A stretch of DNA of 29,223 nt from a virus (lineage: Duplodnaviria > Heunggongvirae > Uroviricota > Caudoviricetes): positions 247,178 through 276,400 of IMG/VR virus record IMGVR_UViG_3300020048_006428; one strand, written 5' to 3'. A program made the position numbers and the translations under genes. This document shows positions 15,606 to 24,215 of this stretch, piece by piece. The number at the start of each line of letters is the position of its first letter. Within the stretch, counting starts at the first letter, position 1. The notes below the pieces were generated by a model, which saw nothing but the letters and a program-made list of their open reading frames with translations, was not told the origin of the DNA and searched no databases.

Positions 15606-17324
15606 ATGAACTTAACCGAAATTAGTTTTAACCAAGTTAAAACAGAAATAGAATTATACTTAAAACAAGAACATTCTAAAGCTAATATGTTATACAGCAT
15701 AAGTTCACCTTATGGTCAAATATTGTCTGTTTTAGAAAATCTATTTCAATTGTCTATTTTATATCTTAAAAATAGTATAAAACAATTTGACTTATCAGAT
15801 GTAAATTCCAATAATGCAAGGGTAATTAGAAATGCTGCTATATTTGCTGGTCATATACCTGGTAGAAATGTTAGTGCTACAGGAACATTAAAAGTAAACT
15901 TAAAAACATCATCCGATATATCAAAAGATATTCCTGGTAGTAGAATAACTTTAACAAACAGATCATTAATGAAAAACAAAACAAATGGTTTAGAATATTC
16001 GTTAAATTTAGGATCAGATTCAGTTGCTTATAAAATAACAAGCAATTCACAATTTTTTATTTCAATCATACAAGGCAAATGGCTTAGAAAAAATTTCACA
16101 GGAACAGGTCAGCAAAATCAAACATATAATGTTGGATTAAGAAGTAAAACAAAAGATGTTGAAAATTTCAATTATGAAATATTAGTTAATGGTGAGTTTT
16201 GGACAACAAAGAAACATTTATATGATTTGCTACCAGATGAAAAGGCTTGTGTCGTTAGAACAGGTTTTAATAGTGGAATTGATATAATATTTGGAAATGG
16301 TGGATTCGGTGCTATACCAAAAATTGGATCTGTTATTGAAGTAAATTATTTATTGAGTGATGGTTCAAATGGATCCATATTTAGAAGAACTATTAATGAT
16401 TGGACATTTGTTGATCCAATTGTTGATGGATTTGGTAATTCAATAGATTTATCTGATTTATTTGATGTTACCATAAATACTGATATAAACTTTGGTGCAG
16501 ACAAAGAAACAACTGCTTTTACCAAAAACTTATTACCTATTTCAAGTAATAATTTTGTATTAGGTTTACCACAACAATATGCTTATCAAATAAAAAAATT
16601 AGGTGTTTTTTCACATGTTAATGCTTATGAAAAATTTGAAGTTATCTATATTGTAGCTACACCAAATATAAAATTATTTAAAAATCAAAATTCAAACTAC
16701 TTTACAATTGATAAAAGAGCTTTTGAATTAGATTCATATGAAAAATCAAAGATAGATCAATATTTAAGAATTGGTGGTAATATAATGCTTACAAAACGCT
16801 ACCAAATTGATTCACCTGTCTTGTCTTATTATGTTATGAATGTTTTCATAATGACATATTCTGATGCACTGGATGATAGTGTAAATGCGCAAATTTATGA
16901 AAAGGTATCTGAATATTTCTTAGATTTTAATAGATTAGGTAGAGTGCCTAAAAATGAATTAATTGTTGAATTATCAACAATTTCAGAAATACATTCAATT
17001 GATATATCATTTGTAAGTAAAAAGAATGAAGATTATCACAGAGCACAAATATTAAAAGATGTAAATAAGAAAAATGATTTTGCTTCAAAAGAAGCTTTGA
17101 AGTTAGAAAGACCAAATCCAAATTATAATCCAGACACTATGATTGGATTGGATCCAGTTTTAGGTGATATAGTATTTGAACCAAGTGAAATTCCAATAAT
17201 AAGAGGTGGTTGGTATGATAGAAATACAATTTATTATTCTGACGATATAGAAGACAAAGGGTTGAAATCAATTAATATAATTAAAAAAGGAACAGTTGAT
17301 CCAACTAACAAACAGAAAATATAA
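15606..17324 (+). CDS. Baseplate wedge subunit, T4 gp6-like (baseplate J superfamily)
   Basis: N-terminal ISFNQVKTEIELYL..SPYGQIL..ARVIRNAAIFAGHIPGRNVSATGTL and central IFGNGGFGAIPKIGSVIEVNYLLSDG match gp6-type motifs (FGDG..G..P..G..I.V.YL). Confidence 0.8.
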   Translation: MNLTEISFNQVKTEIELYLKQEHSKANMLYSISSPYGQILSVLENLFQLSILYLKNSIKQFDLSDVNSNNARVIRNAAIFAGHIPGRNVSATGTLKVNLKTSSDISKDIPGSRITLTNRSLMKNKTNGLEYSLNLGSDSVAYKITSNSQFFISIIQGKWLRKNFTGTGQQNQTYNVGLRSKTKDVENFNYEILVNGEFWTTKKHLYDLLPDEKACVVRTGFNSGIDIIFGNGGFGAIPKIGSVIEVNYLLSDGSNGSIFRRTINDWTFVDPIVDGFGNSIDLSDLFDVTINTDINFGADKETTAFTKNLLPISSNNFVLGLPQQYAYQIKKLGVFSHVNAYEKFEVIYIVATPNIKLFKNQNSNYFTIDKRAFELDSYEKSKIDQYLRIGGNIMLTKRYQIDSPVLSYYVMNVFIMTYSDALDDSVNAQIYEKVSEYFLDFNRLGRVPKNELIVELSTISEIHSIDISFVSKKNEDYHRAQILKDVNKKNDFASKEALKLERPNPNYNPDTMIGLDPVLGDIVFEPSEIPIIRGGWYDRNTIYYSDDIEDKGLKSINIIKKGTVDPTNKQKI

Positions 17325-17328
17325 AATA

Positions 17329-17357
17329 AAATGCAATCAATTTAATTGATTGCATTT
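17329..17357. terminator. Hairpin between convergent genes
   Basis: AAATGCAATCAAT-TTA-ATTGATTGCATTT, 13-bp stem. Confidence 0.75.
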
Positions 17358-17359
17358 AT

Positions 17360-17896
17360 TCATAAATTTTTAATAAAATCTTTAAAAGTCATTATTATTT
17401 TTTCATTTATATAAGAATTTAATATATGTTGGCTATTAATGAAATAACTTTCTATATCTAAATTGTAGCCATCATCATTTCTTTTATAAATTTCTTTAAT
17501 TATTGTTTTGTAATTATCATTTGATGGTGGATGTTTTAGATAATTAAATTTAATATGTTGTCCACTTTCATTCCAAATTAAGTACCACAATAATACAAAA
17601 CCATCATTTAAATGTATATGATATATACCAAATAATTCAGAAGTGTTTGGATTTTTAAGTTCAATTCCATTTGTTGGTTTAGGATTTATTGTTGGTGGAT
17701 TTATTGAATCACATACTAACATCTGGTGTATTGTATATAATATTATTTTAATATTTGATTCATTAGATAAATCTATTAATTTGGCTATTTCCAACTTATT
17801 TATATCAAATGATATAAATTTAAATGTGTTTATAAAATTAATAAACCAAGCATTTTCATAATTTTTGAATGGTTTTGGGATTTTTGCAATATTCAT
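17360..17896 (-). CDS. Possible RelE/YafQ-fold protein
   Basis: ELFGIYHIHLNDGFVLLWY...IKFNYLKHP aligns by eye with YafQ-type G.RECHI.PD.LLIY...L.L.R.G.H; the match is weak. Confidence 0.4.
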   Translation of the reverse strand: MNIAKIPKPFKNYENAWFINFINTFKFISFDINKLEIAKLIDLSNESNIKIILYTIHQMLVCDSINPPTINPKPTNGIELKNPNTSELFGIYHIHLNDGFVLLWYLIWNESGQHIKFNYLKHPPSNDNYKTIIKEIYKRNDDGYNLDIESYFINSQHILNSYINEKIIMTFKDFIKNL

Positions 17897-18093
17897 TAAC
17901 TGTTTGGAAATTTTTTCTTAAGTAAATCCAAGATTTCTTGGAAATCTTCATCAGACCAATTTCTAAATGCACTACCACGAACAGGATCAGGTAAATGATC
18001 AAATTTACCTGGATTGTTTAGTTTTATTTGTTTTATCCTTTCTTCTAATGTTAATTCTTTTTTTGTGTCTAAGAATTCATTTATCTTTTTCAT
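17896..18093 (-). CDS. Small protein with N-terminal tag MKKINEF
   Basis: 65 aa; TAATG-coupled to the downstream gene. Confidence 0.65.
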   Translation of the reverse strand: MKKINEFLDTKKELTLEERIKQIKLNNPGKFDHLPDPVRGSAFRNWSDEDFQEILDLLKKKFPNS

Positions 18094-18100
18094 AATTTAG

Positions 18101-18278
18101 TTAATAAATTTTAAATATTAATTCTTTTGGATCCATTGATTCTTCTTTTTCGAAAACTTTGTGGTGGTATTTTACCTGATCTTCTCCAATCAGAAACACT
18201 TGGCTTTCCAACGGAAAAATATTCATCAATTTATTGATTGTATTTTTTTATATAAAATTTTAAAAATAAAAAGTCCAT
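18101..18278 (-). pseudogene. Disrupted small Cro/HTH-like gene
   Basis: From the ATG at 18278: MDFLFLKFYIKKYNQ*IDEYFSVGKPSVSDWRRSGKIPP, with an in-frame TAA at 18231-18233. IDEYF.V.K.SVS.WR.SGKIP is HTH-like. The +1 frame gives KVFEKEESMDPKELIFKIY*. TAATATATA abuts the start. Confidence 0.45.
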
Positions 18279-18361
18279 ATATATTATATTCTATAATTTT
18301 GTTTTGTTTAATATTCATATTATTAAAATCTATTTCTTCATTTAGACGAAATTCTGCATTT

Positions 18362-19114
18362 TTATTTTATATTTAATATCTTAACATTTCCTGTTTCCAC
18401 AAAACAATATTCAATTGTTATATTCATACCTTCTCTATTGTAACTTGGGCTTGTTGTATCTTCTTCTTTTATATTTCTATTAATTATAATTAACATTGAA
18501 TCATAATTCCCATAATAAACATTATCATCATCCATATTTGGATTTAAATAAATATTCATATTATCAAGATGTCCAATTGATGTTTTCTTTTTGTTACTAT
18601 GGAATTTATCTGAATTTTTTATTATGTTCAAAATTCTTTTAGAAACGATTATCCAAGATGAATTCTTTCCATTTTTTAATATTCTTTCAATTAAATCATA
18701 TTCTGAATTTTCATTCAATAATTTTTTAAAAAAACCTTGTTTAAAAAAATTATAAGTAGAATTTTCTACATTTTTAAATTTTGATATTTCAGATATAAAT
18801 ATATTCATTATATCATATGATGCGCATTGACAAGGTGATCTATTTATACAGATAGTTTGTGATAATGGTTGATCAGATATAGTCATTTTTGAATTATCGC
18901 AACTATCTTCCTTAACTAATATTCTATGTGATTTTAGCCTATAAATTATTTTTTCTGTTATGTTTCTAACAGAATTATATTCTTTTATTGTTTTACATAT
19001 AGAAATTTCACCACTTGATTCATCAACATATATTGTTTCAACCAATTCATTTATGGATTTTAATCTATTTAATATCTTTTCGCCATACCCAATTTCACTT
19101 GTTAATGTTGTCAT
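18362..19114 (-). CDS. Hypothetical protein, possibly a truncated T4 gp23/gp24 capsid-fold homologue
   Basis: SWIIVSKRILNII..KFH..SIGHLDNMNIYLNPNMDDDNVYYG resembles the gp23-family C-terminal N.II.S..V..L...G.L.G...VY.D.....G segment. Confidence 0.35.
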   Translation of the reverse strand: MTTLTSEIGYGEKILNRLKSINELVETIYVDESSGEISICKTIKEYNSVRNITEKIIYRLKSHRILVKEDSCDNSKMTISDQPLSQTICINRSPCQCASYDIMNIFISEISKFKNVENSTYNFFKQGFFKKLLNENSEYDLIERILKNGKNSSWIIVSKRILNIIKNSDKFHSNKKKTSIGHLDNMNIYLNPNMDDDNVYYGNYDSMLIIINRNIKEEDTTSPSYNREGMNITIEYCFVETGNVKILNIK

Positions 19115-19115
19115 A

Positions 19116-19709
19116 TTATTTATTTAAATGTTTTGACCTTTCTAAATAAGCATTGGAAAACTTATTTAATTTAGTTTTTGATAGATTGTTATAGTTTATA
19201 TCATTTGACATTTTATCAGCTATAAATGATCTTTGAAATGCTTCTGATGAAGAATCTATTCTATTACAATGTTGTTCTAATAAAACATCAAACATTTCAT
19301 CATTTTCATATTTCTTTATAAAAGATGATATACTATTGACTAAATTTTTATTGTTTTCTAATAATTTCTTATCATCAATTGTAGTATTAATTTGATCTAT
19401 TTTATGATCTAATAAATTCCAATCCCTTATATCATTTTTTAAAGATTCCAATACTTTTATATCAGACTTCAATAACTTTTCTCCTAATAGGTCTATAAGA
19501 GCTTCTGCGAGCATTTCTTTTCCAGAAATAGTAACGCTACCATTTAACAATTCAGTCCTTGCTGAACCAAATGATTGAATAGATAATATGTTATCCATAA
19601 GATCCATTATGTTATATTTCAATTCATTTAATTCCTGTTCCTTTTTATTTATTTTAATTTCTGGTTCGGAATTAACTTTTTGTCCTGTTATATTACTAAA
19701 TTTTTTCAT
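19116..19709 (-). CDS. Hypothetical helical protein, N-terminus MKKFSNI
   Basis: 197 aa; late-type motif upstream. Confidence 0.65.
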   Translation of the reverse strand: MKKFSNITGQKVNSEPEIKINKKEQELNELKYNIMDLMDNILSIQSFGSARTELLNGSVTISGKEMLAEALIDLLGEKLLKSDIKVLESLKNDIRDWNLLDHKIDQINTTIDDKKLLENNKNLVNSISSFIKKYENDEMFDVLLEQHCNRIDSSSEAFQRSFIADKMSNDINYNNLSKTKLNKFSNAYLERSKHLNK

Positions 19710-19731
19710 TAGTTATTTTTTAGATTTTACT

Positions 19732-19741
19732 TATATATTAA
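19732..19741 (-). promoter_or_regulatory. TTAATATATA motif
   Basis: Upstream of the 19709 start and downstream of the 19772 terminator. Confidence 0.55.
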
Positions 19742-19771
19742 AAAATCAGATTGTATTTAATTAATTATTAA

Positions 19772-19804
19772 AAATACCAACCAATAATTTTTTGGTTGGT
19801 ATTT
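19772..19804 (-). terminator. Intrinsic terminator after the Hc1-like gene
   Basis: AAATACCAACCAA-7 nt-TTGGTTGGTATTT, 13-bp stem. Confidence 0.75.
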
Positions 19805-19852
19805 GAAACATTTTGCAATCTTTTCTTAAAAAATTATATGTTTAAGTCATTT

Positions 19853-20074
19853 CTAAATGTCTTTTTTGAAATCTTGAACATTTTTTCTGATATCTTCTGC
19901 TTCTTTTCTGATAAGTTGCATAATTTTTCTTATTCTTGTTCCAGCAGTTTTATTACTTTTAATAAAGAATTTTTCAAAATCTTCTTTTAAAGAAACCTTT
20001 TTACCATCAATTTCTATTTCCTCAGTTATCAACTTTACTAAAGCATCAAACTTATCTAAGTATTCATTGTTCAT
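19853..20074 (-). CDS. Histone H1-like (Hc1-family, Bacteroidota type) small DNA-binding protein
   Basis: DFEKFFIKSNKTAGTRIRKIMQLIRKEAEDIRKNVQ matches the F..KGNK.AGTR.RK.M..L...A..IR..VQ pattern. Confidence 0.75.
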   Translation of the reverse strand: MNNEYLDKFDALVKLITEEIEIDGKKVSLKEDFEKFFIKSNKTAGTRIRKIMQLIRKEAEDIRKNVQDFKKDI

Positions 20075-20095
20075 ATTTTTATTTATATTTTATTG

Positions 20096-20105
20096 TATAT
20101 ATTAA
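20096..20105 (-). promoter_or_regulatory. TTAATATATA motif
   Basis: Upstream of the 20074 start. Confidence 0.55.
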
Positions 20106-20121
20106 AAATATGCTTTTTCTT

Positions 20122-20973
20122 TCAATAATTCATTATAATTACTTCTTTTGTTTCTTTATCTTTTCCACTCTTATTTATCTTTTCATAATTAAAATCCAAT
20201 AGCTTATAATTAAACCCATCAGAAATTAATTTATCCAATATCCAAGTTGTTTTTCCAGAATGTTCTAAAACACCTGATAACATAAATGTTGAACCAATAT
20301 CATTTATCTTTTTACAATAATTATAAAGATTTATATCATCATCCTTATAATAAAAGCAATTATATCCAGCTTCGCTTATTTGTTTATTTCCAATATCATC
20401 ATTTATATCTTTAATATAACCATAAGGCGGATCAATATAATAAAATGAATCTGTTAATAATGGAACATCATTAAAGTTAGAACTATTAAATTTTATTTTA
20501 TCTTTAAAATTTCTTATATAACTTGTTAAAATTTCAACTTTTTTATCAGTATTTAGATTCCAACCCCTTTTACCAAAGGTTTGATTGAATTCGCCTTTTT
20601 GATTGAATCTAATCAAATTAGAATTACAAGATAAAATCAATGCCCATAATTTTTCAGGTGTTTTTTCTATATTATAACTTTTTCTTAATTGTATAAAAGC
20701 ATCAGAATCATCTTTGGATGGACATATATCTTTTGTCTTATTAATTATATCATCACTTTGGATTATTGATTTATGAATTCCAATCAAATCAGATATTACA
20801 TCATTAATTAATATTTCATCATAATTTTGTACTGAATTTATAAATATAGAACCACCACCTGTAAATAAATCAATTAGTCTTTTTTTGGTATAATCAAAAT
20901 TAGGCAATAATTGAGGCAGCAATTTATATTTGCTGCCTGTATAATTTAATACACTATCAATATATTCTTTCAT
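20122..20973 (-). CDS. dam: DNA adenine methylase, T4/E. coli Dam family (D12 class)
   Basis: LNYTGSKYKLLPQL, LIDLFTGGGS, INDV..DLI, RFNQKGEFNQTFGKR and FYYIDPPY motifs. Confidence 0.88.
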   Translation of the reverse strand: MKEYIDSVLNYTGSKYKLLPQLLPNFDYTKKRLIDLFTGGGSIFINSVQNYDEILINDVISDLIGIHKSIIQSDDIINKTKDICPSKDDSDAFIQLRKSYNIEKTPEKLWALILSCNSNLIRFNQKGEFNQTFGKRGWNLNTDKKVEILTSYIRNFKDKIKFNSSNFNDVPLLTDSFYYIDPPYGYIKDINDDIGNKQISEAGYNCFYYKDDDINLYNYCKKINDIGSTFMLSGVLEHSGKTTWILDKLISDGFNYKLLDFNYEKINKSGKDKETKEVIIMNY

Positions 20974-20974
20974 A

Positions 20975-22099
20975 TTAGTTTATCTTAAAATGTGTTCTTA
21001 GTATTTCTTGTGCCATATCTTTACTCTTTGAAATATATTTATTGCTGCCTGATGACTTAACAATACCTATTGATATAAATAATTTAAACATATCAGCCAT
21101 ATCTTTATTAAGTAATATAACACCATTCACTTTACATAAATCTTGAATATTTTTACCACTTGATAATTTATAATTTATTTTAGTTTCTTCTGTATAAATA
21201 ACATCTAATACTGAATTATATGTAACCCATTTTTGGAAATTAACATCCTTTTCCATTTTTCTTCTGAACTCCATATAAGAACGATATTTGTAGTATTCAT
21301 TGAAATAAACACCTGATAATATAACAAGTTCTATAATAGTAGATATTATAACAAATAAGAATGAATTTGATTTATTTTCTTTCTTTTGATCTTTTTCTTC
21401 TAATTTAGATTTTGATTCAAATTCCTTTATTTCCTTTTCTAATTCTAATTTAAGTTCTTTCTTCTTAGATTCAAATAGCGAAATTTCATTTTTTAAATCC
21501 GCTTTTTCAGACTTCAAATCTTTTACTCTATTCTTCTGTTGTATAGTTAAAGGATCGTTGCTTTCAATAGATGTTTGTTCTTTATCTTTATTGTTTATCT
21601 TTTCCTTAGCTAACACCACATCGCTATCAATCATTCTAAAGGTTGAATCATATTTAGCGGTTAAGCTGTCTTGATATGTTTTAATATTTGTATCAACTTT
21701 CTTTTCAATTTCTTTAGCTTTAGATGAAAACTCTTCTGCGCCACTCAAAGATGAATAAAATGATAATCCAATAAGTAATATACTAAAAAAACCAAGTGGT
21801 AAAACCTCCTTACTTACAAAGGATTTAAATTTTAAATGTTGAATACTAAATTTATCGAATATTTCCCTTTTTAATAATTCAAGTCCACCTAATAAAATTA
21901 TTGAAGCTATACTAACAATAATTTTATTATCAATTGCACTTGCTAAAACACCATAAAGAAGAAAGTATGCTAAGAACATTGAAGCTATATTACCGAATAT
22001 AGACAAGTAGAACATTACATCATTTATGTTCTTATAGCTTTTATTGAAGTCCTGTTCTTTTATTGACTCTTCAAGCTTTTTAAAATCATTTAATTTCAT
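20975..22099 (-). CDS. Membrane protein with about four TM segments and a long coiled coil
   Basis: Three N-terminal hydrophobic helices, a K/E-rich coiled coil, then a fourth hydrophobic helix SFLFVIISTIIELVILSGVYF. Confidence 0.7.
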   Translation of the reverse strand: MKLNDFKKLEESIKEQDFNKSYKNINDVMFYLSIFGNIASMFLAYFLLYGVLASAIDNKIIVSIASIILLGGLELLKREIFDKFSIQHLKFKSFVSKEVLPLGFFSILLIGLSFYSSLSGAEEFSSKAKEIEKKVDTNIKTYQDSLTAKYDSTFRMIDSDVVLAKEKINNKDKEQTSIESNDPLTIQQKNRVKDLKSEKADLKNEISLFESKKKELKLELEKEIKEFESKSKLEEKDQKKENKSNSFLFVIISTIIELVILSGVYFNEYYKYRSYMEFRRKMEKDVNFQKWVTYNSVLDVIYTEETKINYKLSSGKNIQDLCKVNGVILLNKDMADMFKLFISIGIVKSSGSNKYISKSKDMAQEILRTHFKIN

Positions 22100-22421
22100 T
22101 TTTATTTATAATAATTTTTCCTGAAAACCTTTCTTTCCACGAAAGTTTCCTACCCACTAACCTATTATATTCCTTTTCAGCCTTTTGTTTATCAATTGTA
22201 ATAGATTTTATAGTATTTTCATATTGTAATTTCAAAGAATCAATCTCTTCTTTTTGTTTATCAATTTGATATTTAGAATTTTCAAATTTACCATTTGCTA
22301 ATCTATATTGATATCTAAATTGCTTTAAAAGAAATATAAATTCATCAGGTGTTAATCCATCAATGAATTCTGATGTCATTAGATAATTTAAAATTTCATT
22401 TTCAGATAATACATTTACCAT
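22086..22421 (-). CDS. Hypothetical coiled-coil protein
   Basis: 111 aa; overlaps the downstream gene. Confidence 0.65.
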   Translation of the reverse strand: MVNVLSENEILNYLMTSEFIDGLTPDEFIFLLKQFRYQYRLANGKFENSKYQIDKQKEEIDSLKLQYENTIKSITIDKQKAEKEYNRLVGRKLSWKERFSGKIIINKNEIK

Positions 22422-22432
22422 TTTAATACTTT

Positions 22433-23521
22433 TTATTTAAATCCTAATTCTTCTTTATTAGGTAATACTACTTTTTTCTTTAAAATGTTCACTAACTTAG
22501 TATCAAATTTATATTTATTCTTTTGTCCTAAGTGTTCACATAATTCATTAACCTTATTAGATTTCAAGTATTCAACTTCTATAATATCTATTAAATTATT
22601 ACATTCCATTAAAGTATGATCAATTTCACTTATATCATTTACATTTAATATTGTAATTATATTTAAATCAAAATTATCAGATTGAAACCCATCAACTAAT
22701 TGTAATAAATTATTAGTAAATATACTAGCTTTTGAATGCAATTCACTGAAATATATTTCACAATCATCTATAACTAATACTGAATTTTTATATCTACTAA
22801 TTAGACTCTTGAAATCTGAATTGTTTAAAGTTAATTCAATCATATTACACGGTATGTATATTACAATTTTATCAACCATTGATGATATATGATTTACTAA
22901 TGTTGTTTTACCTGTACCTCTTTCCCCATAAATAATTGATAATCCTTTATTAGATTTTTTAATCTTTTTAATTAGCTTATTTGCCTTTTTAATTGTATCA
23001 TCATTGAAGTATAAATCAATATTTTCATAATCACCTTTTAGTAAATCTATTGGATCTAATTCAAGACCATTTTGTGTTAGAATGGGGGTGTTTATTTTGT
23101 TAGTTATTTGTTCTTGTTCCTTGTTATTAATAAATTCATTTATATTTTCCAATATTTCATTTACTTTATCACCAAGTTCAGTAGCATAATAAAATGAAAC
23201 ATCTGATATAACACCAAGTTCATTATCCTTATCAAAGTGTATATAAGATAAATATATATTTTGGCTAACTTTAATTAATGTTTTTTCATTAACAATATAA
23301 TCAATTTCGGTTGGAATAATATCTGTGTGTGTTCCACAATATTCTGGCACTAATGTATCAATATAATCAAGAAATTCATCTGTCTTATAAAAGTTATGCA
23401 AATTTATTTTATTTGGTCTTTGATCCATTTGTGACCAACAATATAAATAATCATTCAATATTGGATCATCTTCATTTATATTAATCATTATATTTTTTTT
23501 CAATTTTTCGTCTTTACTCAT
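22433..23521 (-). CDS. AAA+ family ATPase
   Basis: Walker A GERGTGKTT, Walker B VLVIDDCE and LLQLVDG; acidic N-terminal domain. Confidence 0.8.
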   Translation of the reverse strand: MSKDEKLKKNIMININEDDPILNDYLYCWSQMDQRPNKINLHNFYKTDEFLDYIDTLVPEYCGTHTDIIPTEIDYIVNEKTLIKVSQNIYLSYIHFDKDNELGVISDVSFYYATELGDKVNEILENINEFINNKEQEQITNKINTPILTQNGLELDPIDLLKGDYENIDLYFNDDTIKKANKLIKKIKKSNKGLSIIYGERGTGKTTLVNHISSMVDKIVIYIPCNMIELTLNNSDFKSLISRYKNSVLVIDDCEIYFSELHSKASIFTNNLLQLVDGFQSDNFDLNIITILNVNDISEIDHTLMECNNLIDIIEVEYLKSNKVNELCEHLGQKNKYKFDTKLVNILKKKVVLPNKEELGFK

Positions 23522-23538
23522 AAAATTAGTTTTTTATT

Positions 23539-23548
23539 TTAATATATA
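23539..23548 (+). promoter_or_regulatory. TTAATATATA motif
   Basis: 14 nt upstream of the 23563 ATG. Confidence 0.4.
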
Positions 23549-23562
23549 CAATTTAGAATGCT

Positions 23563-23748
23563 ATGATAAATAAAGATATAAAGCCAATATTAAATGTTTT
23601 AAGGTATTTAACTATTTTTAAGTTAGATACTAAACGTCATACATTAGGCAGAAAATATCTAACTTATAAAATACAAAAGTCATTACAAAAGTCATTACAA
23701 AAGAAAGAATCCTTTTATATTATAATTGTAAATTTATTTTATATCTGA
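23563..23748 (+). CDS. Small basic hypothetical protein (uncertain)
   Basis: Fills a gap between minus-strand genes and has the late motif upstream; contains the 12-bp tandem repeat (KSLQKSLQK). Confidence 0.35.
   Translation: MINKDIKPILNVLRYLTIFKLDTKRHTLGRKYLTYKIQKSLQKSLQKKESFYIIIVNLFYI
23672..23703 (+). repeat. 12-bp tandem repeat TACAAAAGTCAT x2.7
   Basis: Directly visible in the sequence. Confidence 0.85.
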
Positions 23749-23951
23749 GGTCCATTAAAATCACTTAAATTCGGAACATCAAAACCAGACATTGGTTGAA
23801 CCGGTGAATTAAAAGCCCCTTTTTCCTTTTCCATATTTATTAATTGCATTAGGAAGTCTTTTTGAATTTTATCCATTCTGTTTCTTTCCTGTTTGATTCT
23901 ATCATTTCTTTTAGAAACCTTTTTCTTATGTTCTTTAGTTTTCTTTCCCAT
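23739..23951 (-). CDS. Small basic hypothetical protein
   Basis: MGKKTKEHKKKVSKRN, a K/R-rich N-terminal helix. Confidence 0.7.
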   Translation of the reverse strand: MGKKTKEHKKKVSKRNDRIKQERNRMDKIQKDFLMQLINMEKEKGAFNSPVQPMSGFDVPNLSDFNGPQI

Positions 23952-24001
23952 ATTGTTACGTTTTCTTTTTTATATTTTTTTATTTAATTAAGTTTTTTAA
24001 T

Positions 24002-24009
24002 CAAATATA
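24002..24009 (-). promoter_or_regulatory. TATATTTG, match to the Bacteroidota -7 element
   Basis: About 50 nt upstream of the 23951 start, at the head of a long minus-strand run. Confidence 0.3.
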
Positions 24010-24129
24010 AATTGCAAATCTTTATTTTCTTCTATAAACACATAAATATATATACAATGTCTTTCTGATTAAGTTTTATCAATAAAAAGATAAAAGGTTT
24101 TAAAGTGGAAATACAATTGTGGTTAATAG

Positions 24130-24178
24130 TTTTAAGGTGTTAATAATATCATTGGATTAAATTATTAACACCTTAAAA
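24130..24178. other. Long inverted repeat (18-bp perfect stem, 13-nt loop)
   Basis: TTTTAAGGTGTTAATAAT (24130-24147) and ATTATTAACACCTTAAAA (24161-24178) in the largest intergenic gap without a supported gene. Confidence 0.85.
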
Positions 24179-24215
24179 ATCCAAATGAATACAACCATAA
24201 ATATTTAAATTAAAT

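Noticed and set aside
17643-19990. Plus-strand ORFs 17643..17861, 18161..18376 and 19796..19990
   Set aside because: Antisense to supported or better-motivated minus-strand genes; F/I-rich composition and no motifs.
23952-24215. tRNA or known ncRNA in the intergenic gap
   Set aside because: No cloverleaf, T-loop or D-loop consensus and no recognisable riboswitch motif.
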